Shown here piece after piece: positions 31,102 to 40,277 of a stretch of DNA of 64,000 nt. Source of the DNA: an uncultured delta proteobacterium (GTDB lineage Bacteria > Myxococcota_A > Polyangia > Polyangiales > B10-G4); assembly GCA_963727445.1 (NCBI GenBank), contig CAVSGI010000004.1:32001-96000 (forward strand), given 5' to 3'. The notes under the pieces were generated by a model. That model saw only the letters and a program-made list of their open reading frames with translations, was not told the DNA's origin and did not search any database. Every line of letters starts with the position of its first letter. Within the stretch, counting starts at the first letter, position 1. Both the position numbers and the translations under genes were made by a program.

Positions 31102-32745
31102 GTGGCCCTTCCCCCCAATCCACTGCTCGTCATCCTCGGCCTCCTCCTCACGGGGTGTGTCGGTGCGATCGGTGACGCCGGAGCCACCGATGATGGGGAT
31201 GGGCCGGGTCCCGGCGGCGTTCTCACTCCGTCCGAGCGGAGCGAGGCCCAGCCCACGCGGCTCCGGCGCATCACGCACACCGAGTACGAGAACTCGGTCC
31301 GCGATCTCCTTGGCGTCGACGTCGACACGAAGGAGCGCTGGACGCCCGACGAAAAGCTCGGTGCGTTCTCCGTGAACCTCCACACGACCGTCGACGAGGT
31401 CCTCGGCGAGTCCCTCATCGAGGCCGGGGCCTTCGTGGCCGCCGAAGCAGCCGCAGATCCGAGCGCGTTCCTGCCGTGCGATCTCGCGGACGTCGACGAG
31501 GGTTGCATCGACGCGCTCCTCACCGACGTCGTCCCCCGCGCCTTCCGCCGACCCATCGACGACACGCTCCGCGCACAGCTCATGGACGTCTTCCGCTGGG
31601 GTCGCGATCACTACGATCCACAGACCGGCCTCGAGACGCTCATCGTCGCCATTCTCCAGGCACCCGAGTTCCTCTATCACCTCGAGATCGAAGGCGAAGA
31701 GATCGACACGCGGACCATCCTGCTGTCGCCCTTCGAGATCGCCGCCCGCCTCTCCTTCTTTCTCTGGCAGTCGGTTCCCGACGCGCAGCTCATCGAAGCG
31801 GCAGAGGCCGGGCTCCTGCACGACCCCGCAGAGGTCGAGTTCCAGGCGCGGCGCATGCTCGACGACCCGCGGGGCGAGGCCGCCTTCGTCGACTTCCATC
31901 GCCAGTGGCTCGGCGTCGAGGATCTCGAGGGCGTGAGCAAGAGCGCGGAGCTCTTCCCCGATTTCGACGAGGCCCTCGCCGCGTCGATGGCCACAGAGAC
32001 GGACGAATTCGTTCGCTACGTCCTGCGCGAGCGCGACGGCAGCATCGAAGCGCTCCTCACGGAGCCGGTGAGCTTCGTCGACGGCCGCCTCGCCGCACAC
32101 TACGGCCTCGAAGCCCCGACGAGCGGCATGGAGCTGCGTGACACACCGGACCGGGTGGGCATCCTCTCCCGCGCTTCGTGGCTGTCGATGCAAGCCCACG
32201 TCAACAAGACATCCCCGACCTTCCGCGGCCTGTGGGTGCGCGAAAACATCCTCTGCCGCGACCTGCCGGATCCTCCGCCGAACATCGTCCCGCCGGAGAT
32301 CGTCCCGGGCGAGAGCACGCGCCAGCGCTCCGAACGCATCATGCAGGAGGAGACATGCAACAACTGCCATCAGCTGATGGACCTGACCGGCTTCGCCTTC
32401 GAGAGCTACGACGCCATCGGGGCGTTCCGCGAGCTCGACGGCGACGTCCCGGTCGACACCTCCGGCGAGCTCGTCGCCGCGGGTGACGTCTCGGGGACCT
32501 TCGAGGATGCCGCCGGCCTCGCCGAACGCCTCGCCGGCTCCAACGACGTCAAGCGCTGCATGACGCTCAGCTGGTTCTCCTTCGCGCTCGGTCGCCTCGA
32601 CGAGGAGGGCGACCGTCCGTCCGTGGGCCACGCGCTGTCGGCCTTCGACGCATCGGACTGGGATCTGCGCGAGCTCATCGTCGCGATCACACAGACCGAC
32701 GCCTTCTACTACCGGGCGCCCTCGGCGCCGGAGGAGCATCCATGA
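31102..32745 (+). CDS. DUF1592/DUF1588/DUF1595-type lipoprotein with a CxxCH motif
   Basis: LRRITHTEYENSVRDLLG, LSFFLWQSVPD, TSPTFRGLWVRENILC and CNNCHQLMD..GFAFESYDAIG; lipobox LTGC. Confidence 0.88.
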   Translation: MALPPNPLLVILGLLLTGCVGAIGDAGATDDGDGPGPGGVLTPSERSEAQPTRLRRITHTEYENSVRDLLGVDVDTKERWTPDEKLGAFSVNLHTTVDEVLGESLIEAGAFVAAEAAADPSAFLPCDLADVDEGCIDALLTDVVPRAFRRPIDDTLRAQLMDVFRWGRDHYDPQTGLETLIVAILQAPEFLYHLEIEGEEIDTRTILLSPFEIAARLSFFLWQSVPDAQLIEAAEAGLLHDPAEVEFQARRMLDDPRGEAAFVDFHRQWLGVEDLEGVSKSAELFPDFDEALAASMATETDEFVRYVLRERDGSIEALLTEPVSFVDGRLAAHYGLEAPTSGMELRDTPDRVGILSRASWLSMQAHVNKTSPTFRGLWVRENILCRDLPDPPPNIVPPEIVPGESTRQRSERIMQEETCNNCHQLMDLTGFAFESYDAIGAFRELDGDVPVDTSGELVAAGDVSGTFEDAAGLAERLAGSNDVKRCMTLSWFSFALGRLDEEGDRPSVGHALSAFDASDWDLRELIVAITQTDAFYYRAPSAPEEHP

Positions 32746-34112
32746 GCCGCCGCCGCTTGTCTCGACGCAGCTTCCTGCGGGGCGCATCGGCCCTCGGCGC
32801 CGCGGCGACCCTCGGCGTGCCCTTCCTGCCCTCGCTACGCCCCGCGGCGGCCGCCGGCGAGTTCCCGATCCGCTTCGTCTTCATGTGGTGGCCCCAGGGC
32901 ACGCTGATGGATCAGGTGCGACCTGACGTCACTGGCGCTGACGCGTCCCTCGACGGCGCGACCTACCCGGACATGATCGCGCCCGTGGAGCCGTTCCGCA
33001 ACAAGACCCTCGTCGTACGCGGCTTGGACAACGTCATCGGCGGACCCTACAAGAACGGGCACCCGCGCGGCACCGGACAGTGGCTGACTGGCAAGGAGAT
33101 GATCCAGATCGGCATCGGCACCTGTGGCGACTCGGGCCGCGAGTATCCACAGACCATCGGCGGCGGCATCTCCGTCGATCAGATCATCGCCGACGCCCAG
33201 GACACGACCTTCTCCAGCCTCGAGCTCGCGGTGCGCACGCGGCGAACCGACACCTCCGTCCGCACCACGCTCTCCTACCGCGGCTCCGAAATGCCGCTCA
33301 CCATGCAGCCCGACCCCGCCGCCGTGTACAGCCGCCTGTGGGGCGGCAGCATGCCCGTCGACGAAGAGGCGCGTCGGCAGCAGGTGCGCGGCGCGGAGAT
33401 CCGTTTGCGCGCGCTCGACCTGGCGCGCGAGCGATTGGACGTCGTCCGGGGTCGCGTCGGCTCCGAGGATCGCCCCGCACTCGAAGCGCATTGGGACTCG
33501 CTCAACTCGATCGAGCGCCGCCTCGTCGACCGCCGCGACGGATCGGCGATGCTCTGCGCCACGCCGGACATGCCCGCGACGATCGATCCCTATCGGAACG
33601 AGAACTACGAGCAGGTGGGGCGCCTGCAGATGGACATCCTCGCCCAGGCCCTGGCCTGTGACATGACCCGTGTCGCGACGTTCCAGTGGGACCGCGCAGG
33701 TAGCTCCATCCTCTTCGACTGGCTCGACGGCATCACCGAGCACCACCACGACCTGGCACACGCCAACAACGTCAGCCAGCTACGCACCGTCGGCCGCTGG
33801 TACCACGAGCAGCTCACCTACTTCCTCCAGCGCCTCGACTCGATCCCCCAGGGCGACAAGACCCTGCTCGACTACACCGTCCTCGTGTGGGCCAACGGCA
33901 TGCGCGAGGGCAACCGCCACAACAACAGCGACCTCCCCGTCATGCTCTTCGGCGGCGGCGACGGCTTCTTCAAGACCAACCGCAGCGTGGACGTGGCCAT
34001 GCCCCACAACCACCTGCTCGTCTCCGCCTGCCACGCCATGGGCCTCACCGACGTCGAAACCGTCGGGGAGACGGACTACCGCGGAGCAGCGCTGCCCCTC
34101 CACGCGACCTGA
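32742..34112 (+). CDS. DUF1552-family protein with a Tat signal
   Basis: SRRSFLRG, ISVDQIIA, ALACDMTRVAT and HHHDLAH. It overlaps the DUF1592 gene by 4 nt. Confidence 0.88.
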   Translation: MSRRRLSRRSFLRGASALGAAATLGVPFLPSLRPAAAAGEFPIRFVFMWWPQGTLMDQVRPDVTGADASLDGATYPDMIAPVEPFRNKTLVVRGLDNVIGGPYKNGHPRGTGQWLTGKEMIQIGIGTCGDSGREYPQTIGGGISVDQIIADAQDTTFSSLELAVRTRRTDTSVRTTLSYRGSEMPLTMQPDPAAVYSRLWGGSMPVDEEARRQQVRGAEIRLRALDLARERLDVVRGRVGSEDRPALEAHWDSLNSIERRLVDRRDGSAMLCATPDMPATIDPYRNENYEQVGRLQMDILAQALACDMTRVATFQWDRAGSSILFDWLDGITEHHHDLAHANNVSQLRTVGRWYHEQLTYFLQRLDSIPQGDKTLLDYTVLVWANGMREGNRHNNSDLPVMLFGGGDGFFKTNRSVDVAMPHNHLLVSACHAMGLTDVETVGETDYRGAALPLHAT

Positions 34113-34190
34113 GGGGCGCGTGTTCTGCTGAGCGGTGATCGTCTCCGGAGAGCTGGAAGGCGGATCACGCGCGGGCCGAGTGGATGGGGG

Positions 34191-34838
34191 TCAACCGACC
34201 TCTACCCGGAGCCGCTCGTAGTCAGGGACGATCCCGCGTCCGCACGCCTCGGGGATCTCCGCGCGCAGGAGCTCGATGACCTTCCTGGCCTTGACCGCGA
34301 AGTCCGCGGTCGCGTCGACGAAGAACCGACGCGGGTGCGCGGACCAGACCTCGGCAATCCGCGCATCGATGGCGCACGCCTCCTCCGCCGTCTCGGTCCG
34401 GAGCGGATTGTTCCGGTTGGTGTAGCCGAGGGACAGGGTCGGTGTGTGAAGGTGAATCACGACGTCGTAGCGCGCCAGCTCCGCGTCGAACGACGTGCCG
34501 ACTGACTCGAAGAGGTCACCTGGGCTCGTCCAGTACGCCAGTCCGTCGATCGTGCCGCGATCACACAAGAGGACCTCGGGCCTCATCGCCAGAGCGGCGG
34601 CCTCGAGCTCGCGCTGTACGTAGAAGATGGAGCGCTGGGCGGACTCGAGGGCGGGCCGCTCGGGACTACGCGGGAACCCGCCACCGAAGAGGATGGTCGC
34701 CACCTCGGGCAACACACGAACGTGCTCGCACCGCGTGTCCTCGATCAGATCGAGGATGGTGGTCTTTCCTGCGCCGGGACCACCAGTCAGGACCACCCGG
34801 CGCGTCGATGTGGATGTGGGTTGCTCACACGCACGCAT
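34191..34838 (-). CDS. AAA_28 / NadR-Ttd14-like P-loop NTPase
   Basis: RVVLTGGPGAGKTT, LCDRGTIDG and NPLRTET. Confidence 0.85.
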   Translation of the reverse strand: MRACEQPTSTSTRRVVLTGGPGAGKTTILDLIEDTRCEHVRVLPEVATILFGGGFPRSPERPALESAQRSIFYVQRELEAAALAMRPEVLLCDRGTIDGLAYWTSPGDLFESVGTSFDAELARYDVVIHLHTPTLSLGYTNRNNPLRTETAEEACAIDARIAEVWSAHPRRFFVDATADFAVKARKVIELLRAEIPEACGRGIVPDYERLRVEVG

Positions 34839-34855
34839 GGGACTCTTCCGGGACC

Positions 34856-35134
34856 TCAGAGCTGGCGGTCGATGGCCTCTTGTACGCGCTCGACCGACTC
34901 GTCGGCGGCCGCGCCCACGGTCGTCTCCGTAAAGGCATCGGCCGTTTCGTTCGTCGTGAGCAGCACCTGGGCGCGGCCATCGGTGATCTCGACCGCGCCC
35001 GCGTCTCCGCTCGCCGTTCCTGAGAACGTGCACGTCAGGACCAGGTCCTCCAGGCTCTGACATTCCAGCGACTCGTCGTTGAAGACGAGCACGTACCGGT
35101 TGCCCTCCGCATCCCAGTACTTCAGCGACGGCAT
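34856..35134 (-). CDS. Hypothetical protein (possibly the C-terminal part of a disrupted gene)
   Basis: 92-aa ORF with protein-like composition. A Pro/Thr linker-like segment lies just upstream in another frame. Confidence 0.45.
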   Translation of the reverse strand: MPSLKYWDAEGNRYVLVFNDESLECQSLEDLVLTCTFSGTASGDAGAVEITDGRAQVLLTTNETADAFTETTVGAAADESVERVQEAIDRQL

Positions 35135-35239
35135 GCGGTCGTCTCTGCGACTTCGGGCGCGGGTGTGGGCGTCGTCGGCTGCGGCGCCTCGACGTTGGGC
35201 TCGCTCGAGCCGTGTGCCGCCACTTCGTCGTCTGGGGGG

Positions 35240-35536
35240 TCATCGCACGCGACACACAAGGTGATGGGAATCAGTACCGTTCGCATGCGTTGCATCCTCG
35301 CATAGAGGCTTTCGAGAATCGACGTTCCGTCGGATGATTGGAGGCGGCGAATAGGGACGCTCTTCGCTCACGGACGCCGGACGGGAAGTCGGGCCACGCT
35401 CAGTCGTCGTGCACGACTCGCTGCTGTCAGTACCGGCGGCCCGAGCCGTGCCCGTGACGTAGTAGGTCTGCGGTCCGCATCCCGCGGCGAGCGACGCGAG
35501 AAGCAACACGGTGGAGCCCAGGAGCTTGGCGATCAT
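35240..35536 (-). pseudogene. Probably truncated lipoprotein
   Basis: MIAKLLGSTVLLLASLAAGCGPQTYYVTGTARAAG has a clear lipobox, but coding character is lost after about 38 codons. Confidence 0.35.
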
Positions 35537-35682
35537 GCCGCGCTAGCCCTCGTGTCCGTGATTTCTGACGCGAAATCATTCGTGATCGCCAAGAGGTGAG
35601 ACGGCGTTCCGGGTGGCCACCCCGACGGCCCGGGTCATGCGAACCCAACGGGCGGTGCGCCCGGCTACACTGCCGAGCGCAC

Positions 35683-36870
35683 ATGCGCGTCTCGTCGATC
35701 GTCCTCCCTATGTGTCTCTCGCTCGCGGGCTCTGCTGGCTGCGGAGACGACGAGGCAGGGGTCGCCGCACCGACTCCCGCGCCGGTCGTCTGTCCGTCGG
35801 GGCGCGGTGACTGCGACGAGGATCCGGCGAATGGATGCGAAGCCGACCTGACTTCGTCCGTGGATTACTGCGGTCGATGCTCGGGAAACTGTCGGTTCGG
35901 CCAACGCTGCGTCGAAGGCGAGTGCCGCGGGCCAGGGGCGGCGGACACGGTCTGCGCGGGTGAGCGTCACGTCTGCGCGATTGGTGACCGTCTCGTCCAT
36001 TGTTGGGGCCGCGGAAACCCCGCGCCACGGCCGATCGCCGACAGTCACGAGGCCCGCGCGCTTTCGTGCGGGCGAGACCGAACGTGCTTCGTAGGCACCG
36101 ACCATCGCGTCGCGTGCTGGGACGGCGAGCTCCGCGAGGGCGCGGGCGCGACTCGCGTCCCAGGCCTCACGGGCGTCGTGCGGCTCGCGATGGGCGCGGA
36201 CACGGCGTGCGCGCTGCGGGGCGACGGCTCGGTTCACTGCTGGACCGGCGCCGAACGGCCCCGTACGGTCTCGGGGTTGGCCAACGTCCTCGATCTCTCG
36301 GCGGCGGGCGATGATGCGTGCGCGGTCACCGTCGGCGGAGTGGTTTTCTGCTGGACGCTCGACGATGCGTCTGCGCCACGCCGGGTGACGGGTGTGAACG
36401 CCGTGGCCGTCGTCGCCCGCGATGGCGGCGGCTGCGCACGCGACGATACGGGAGCGATCCACTGCTGGGGGGACGCAGGTGCGGGCGCCATCGGCGACGG
36501 GACGGGCGAAGCGCGGCCGGAACCGACCCGTGTTGCGGAGCTCGAGGGCGCCTCCCGCCTCCGCCGCATCGGAGCGCGGACGCTCTGCGCCTTTGGTCAC
36601 GGCGACGTCCGCTGTTGGGGTGACAATCGCAGCGGTCAGCTGGGCGGCGAGGACGCCGAGGCGCTGGCGCCGGTCGAGCCTCCCGCGTTCGCACAGCGGA
36701 GCCTCACGCCCGTCTCGGCCGGGTTCGGGATCTCGTGCGGCGAAGATCTCGCCGGTTCCGTCTATTGCTGGGGCGACAACCGGCACCGGGTGATCGACAC
36801 GGATGACGAGATCGTCCGCGCGGCGTGGCGCATCGAAGGGGTCCCCCGCGCGCCGCGCAATCCCTACTGA
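35683..36870 (+). CDS. RCC1-repeat lipoprotein with an N-terminal Cys-rich module
   Basis: Lipobox SAGC; DCDEDPANGCEADLTSSVDYCGRC; repeated C...G.V.CWG.N units. Confidence 0.8.
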   Translation: MRVSSIVLPMCLSLAGSAGCGDDEAGVAAPTPAPVVCPSGRGDCDEDPANGCEADLTSSVDYCGRCSGNCRFGQRCVEGECRGPGAADTVCAGERHVCAIGDRLVHCWGRGNPAPRPIADSHEARALSCGRDRTCFVGTDHRVACWDGELREGAGATRVPGLTGVVRLAMGADTACALRGDGSVHCWTGAERPRTVSGLANVLDLSAAGDDACAVTVGGVVFCWTLDDASAPRRVTGVNAVAVVARDGGGCARDDTGAIHCWGDAGAGAIGDGTGEARPEPTRVAELEGASRLRRIGARTLCAFGHGDVRCWGDNRSGQLGGEDAEALAPVEPPAFAQRSLTPVSAGFGISCGEDLAGSVYCWGDNRHRVIDTDDEIVRAAWRIEGVPRAPRNPY

Positions 36871-37002
36871 CGAGGGCACGGACCGCGGTCTGCTGGCGAT
36901 TCGCTTCGCGGCCGATGGGCCGTTTGCCTACCTCGCGCCGGAGGAGGCACCACCGTAGACCCGCGCGCTTGGTCGTCCGTCGCGTCGGGGCCGACGTGCG
37001 CT

Positions 37003-37481
37003 TCAGAGAGTCTTCGCCATGTGCGTGCGCATGTCGGGGATGCCGTAGCGCTCGGCGTAGCCCACGATCCGGTAGCCGCGGGCGAGGTAGTAGGGGCGGT
37101 TGTCCGGCTGCTGGGAGCGGGCGTCGGCGCGCACCTCGGAGAGGCCCACCGAGCGCGCGTGCTCCTCGAGGAAGTCCACCATCGCGCTGCCGACCCGCCG
37201 GTTGCGAAGCCCAGGGTGTACGGCCAGCCGCTCGTAGGCGAGAAAGCCCGCTTCGCCATCCACGTGAAAGCGACCCGAGCCTGCCGGACGTCCGTCCGTG
37301 AAGGCGAGGATCGCACCCCGCAGGCGATCTTCTCGCGCACCTCCGCGAGCGACTCGCGAAGCGCGCTCGACGGATCGGGGTGGAGCGCGCTCTCCGCGAA
37401 GGCGGCACGCATCAGGGCGTAGACGAGGTGCACCTCGTCGGGCTCCGCCATGCGGACGATGATTTCCGTCGCGTCGCTCAT
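37003..37481 (-). CDS. GNAT-family N-acetyltransferase (frameshift in a G run ~37318)
   Basis: N-terminal half MSDATEIIVRMAEPDE joins ERLAVHPGLRNRRVGSAMV (motif A) and YYLARGY when one G is added. Confidence 0.8.
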
Positions 37482-38572
37482 CCGTCGAGCACGAGCAGCG
37501 TGCGCGTGATCTCGAAGACCTTCTGCGGGGCGCGCGCGCTTGGGTCTTTGTCACGCTCGGCGGTGAACAGGTCGACCCCCATGTCGAGGAGGCGATCCGC
37601 GCGCTCGTTCTTGACGCCGACCAGACGGAAGGTGATCTCGCCGGTGCCGTCGTCCAGTGCTTTCTTGTCGAGGACCTTGGAGGCGGCGAAGAGGGTGTCG
37701 CCCGCGACGACGCCGGCGGGATGCGCGCCGTCGTCGTAGCCGAGATCCCAGAGGGCGTTGCCCGCGACGTCTCGGCTGGCGAGGCTCGCGACGAAGCCGA
37801 AGACAAGACCCCCGTAAACGACTCGCGTGCCGGTGAAGCTGTTGCCTTCCTTGCAGTAGATCTCGTCGAAGTGGATCGGGTGGCTGTTCCGCATCAGCAG
37901 CGTCAGCTGCATGTGCTCGGATTCGCCCACCGTCTTGCCGACCTGATGGCAGTAGACGTCACCCACCTGGAAGTCAGAGAAGAACCCGGCGAAGCCGCCG
38001 TGGCGCTCGAACCTCTCGATCCCCGCGCTGAGAGGCGCGGGGAGGCGCGGGAGGTCGGTGACCTCGGGCTGCGCGAAGTCCGTCGGCGGATCGATCGGCC
38101 GTCCTTCGACGGCGCCTGCCCGGATCAACGCCTTGCGTTCGAAAGAGCACACGACCACGCCGGTCTGGTTCTGCACGACGGTGCGGACGTGAACGACGCC
38201 CTTGTCGCCCTTCGACGAGGGCTTCTTGCCGAGCACCTTCGACGAGGCCGTCAGCGTGTCGCCGAGGTAGCACGCGTTCGGGAAGCGCACGTCGATGTAG
38301 GCGAGGTGTGCGATGGCCTGCTCGCTCACGTCGTGGACCGAAAAGGACAGGCCCAGGTTCATCAGCAGCAGGGGATGGACGACCCGCGCGTCGAAGCCGA
38401 GCTTTCGCGCGAACGCCTCCGACGCGTAGGTCGGGGTCGCGTCGAGGAACGACGCCTGAAACAGGGCGAGGGTGCCTCCGTCGACGGTGACCTCCCACGG
38501 GTGGACGTAGGTCGCGCCCACCTCGAAGTCGTCGAGGCGCCGGCCGTAACGCGGGGTCTTCATCCGAGTCAT
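37478..38572 (-). CDS. mch: Mesaconyl-C1-CoA hydratase (double MaoC/hot-dog fold)
   Basis: GRRLDDFEVG, SVHDVSEQAIAHLAY, GDTL..SSKVLG, and a second domain with HPIHFD and VVYGG. It is translationally coupled to mcd. Confidence 0.8.
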   Translation of the reverse strand: MTRMKTPRYGRRLDDFEVGATYVHPWEVTVDGGTLALFQASFLDATPTYASEAFARKLGFDARVVHPLLLMNLGLSFSVHDVSEQAIAHLAYIDVRFPNACYLGDTLTASSKVLGKKPSSKGDKGVVHVRTVVQNQTGVVVCSFERKALIRAGAVEGRPIDPPTDFAQPEVTDLPRLPAPLSAGIERFERHGGFAGFFSDFQVGDVYCHQVGKTVGESEHMQLTLLMRNSHPIHFDEIYCKEGNSFTGTRVVYGGLVFGFVASLASRDVAGNALWDLGYDDGAHPAGVVAGDTLFAASKVLDKKALDDGTGEITFRLVGVKNERADRLLDMGVDLFTAERDKDPSARAPQKVFEITRTLLVLDG

Positions 38573-40185
38573 TCGTCCTCCAACAGGCGCCTGGCGATCA
38601 CGTGCGCCTGAATCTCGTTGGCGCCCTCGAAGATCGACAGCACGCGCGCGTCCACCAGGAGGCGGCTGGCCGTGTACTCCACGGCGTAGCCGTTGCCGCC
38701 GTGGATCTGCACGTTGGCGTCCGCCGCCTCCCACGCGGCGCGGGTGGCGAGGAGCTTCGCCATGCCGGCCTCGAGATCGCAGCGGTCGCCCGAGTCCTTC
38801 TGCTCGGCGGCGTAGAAGGCGAGCTGCCGCGCCGCCATGGTGCGCGCGATCATCCGGCCGATCTTCCGCCCCACCCGCGGGAACGCGAAGATGGGATGGC
38901 CGAATTGCACGCGCTCGTTCGCATAGAGCATCGCGTCGTCGAGGGCGGCCTGGGCGATGCCCACACCGCGCGCCGCCGTCTGGATCCGTGCGCTCTCGAA
39001 GGTGCGCATCAGCTGCTTGAAGCCCGCGCCCTCCTCTCCGCCGAGGAGCGCGTCGCCCGGCACCGAGAAGCCGTCGAAGGACAGCTCGTACTCCTTCATG
39101 CCGCGGTAGCCGAGCACGGGGATCTCAGTCCCGGTCAGCCCCTCGTCGACGAACTCGGGCTCGCCCGGGGCCGGGTCGAGGCGCGTCTTTTCCGCGAGGA
39201 AGAGCGAGAGTCCGCCGTATCCGTCGTCGTCCGGGTCGGTGCGCGCCATGAGCGTCATCAAATCGGCGCGCACCGCGTGGGTGATCCAGGTCTTCTGTCC
39301 GCTCACCCGGTAGCTGCCGTCGTCCTGCTTGTCCGCGCGGGTCTTGATGTGCGCCAGGTCCGAGCCGTGGTTCGGCTCGGTGAAGACCGCCGTGGGCAGC
39401 ACCTCGCCGCTCGCGATCTTCGGAAGCCACCGCTTCTTCTGTTCGTCGGTGCCGCCGCCCATGATCAGCTCGGCTGCGATCTCGGCGCGCGTCCCCAGGC
39501 TCCCGACGCCGATGTATCCGCGCGAGAGCTCCTCGGTCACCACACACATCGCGACCTTGCTCATCCCGAGGCCGTCGTACGCCTCGGGGATGGTCAGCCC
39601 GAAGACGCCGAGCTCGCTCATCTGCGAGACCAGCTCCATCGGGATGAGGATGTCTTCGCGGTGGATGCTCTGCGCGCGCGGGATCACCTCGGCGTCGACG
39701 AAGCGGGCGAACTGCGCGCGGATCTCGCCGAGCATCGGATCGGAAAAGCCCCGGTCGCCGAAGCCCGCCTCGCGCGCCGCCTCGGCGATGGCCAGGTAGG
39801 CGGCCCCCTGACCATGCTCGGCCACGAAGTCGCGCACGCCCTCGGCGTGGATGGTGGCGGCCACGTCCTCGCCGCCGAGACCGAGCTCGGCGAGGCCGAT
39901 GCTCTCGCAGGCGCCGAGGTCGATGCCTCCGACGAGGACCCGCGCCGTCTCTGCCAGGTAGGCATCAGCGATGGCCCGCTCGTGGTCGCCCCCCACCCGG
40001 CCGGCCCAGGCAGCCAGCTGGCGACAGGCTTCGAGCTCCGTCCGGAGGTACGCGAGCCCGTGCGCGGCCAGCTGCGCTTCGTTCAGCTTCCGGCCACTGA
40101 CCCGTCCCCCGTCCATGACCCGCGTCCGGACCTTCTGCCGCGCGCGTTCGTAGAGCCCTTCGATGGCGAGGAGGACGCTTTCCAT
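38569..40185 (-). CDS. mcd: (2S)-methylsuccinyl-CoA dehydrogenase
   Basis: Acyl-CoA dehydrogenase with an N-terminal extension and Mcd-type signatures EELSRGYIGVGSLGTRAEIAAELI, LPTAVFTEPN.GSDL, EIPVLGYRGMKEYE and TFESARIQTAAR. Confidence 0.88.
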   Translation of the reverse strand: MESVLLAIEGLYERARQKVRTRVMDGGRVSGRKLNEAQLAAHGLAYLRTELEACRQLAAWAGRVGGDHERAIADAYLAETARVLVGGIDLGACESIGLAELGLGGEDVAATIHAEGVRDFVAEHGQGAAYLAIAEAAREAGFGDRGFSDPMLGEIRAQFARFVDAEVIPRAQSIHREDILIPMELVSQMSELGVFGLTIPEAYDGLGMSKVAMCVVTEELSRGYIGVGSLGTRAEIAAELIMGGGTDEQKKRWLPKIASGEVLPTAVFTEPNHGSDLAHIKTRADKQDDGSYRVSGQKTWITHAVRADLMTLMARTDPDDDGYGGLSLFLAEKTRLDPAPGEPEFVDEGLTGTEIPVLGYRGMKEYELSFDGFSVPGDALLGGEEGAGFKQLMRTFESARIQTAARGVGIAQAALDDAMLYANERVQFGHPIFAFPRVGRKIGRMIARTMAARQLAFYAAEQKDSGDRCDLEAGMAKLLATRAAWEAADANVQIHGGNGYAVEYTASRLLVDARVLSIFEGANEIQAHVIARRLLEDE

Positions 40186-40277
40186 GAGGCGCCCTTTACC
40201 ACTGATGAGGGTGGGATTCACGGTGACTTGGCTCCCGCCTCACGTCGCCCTCCGAATCCGGTATGGTCCACAGTCCG

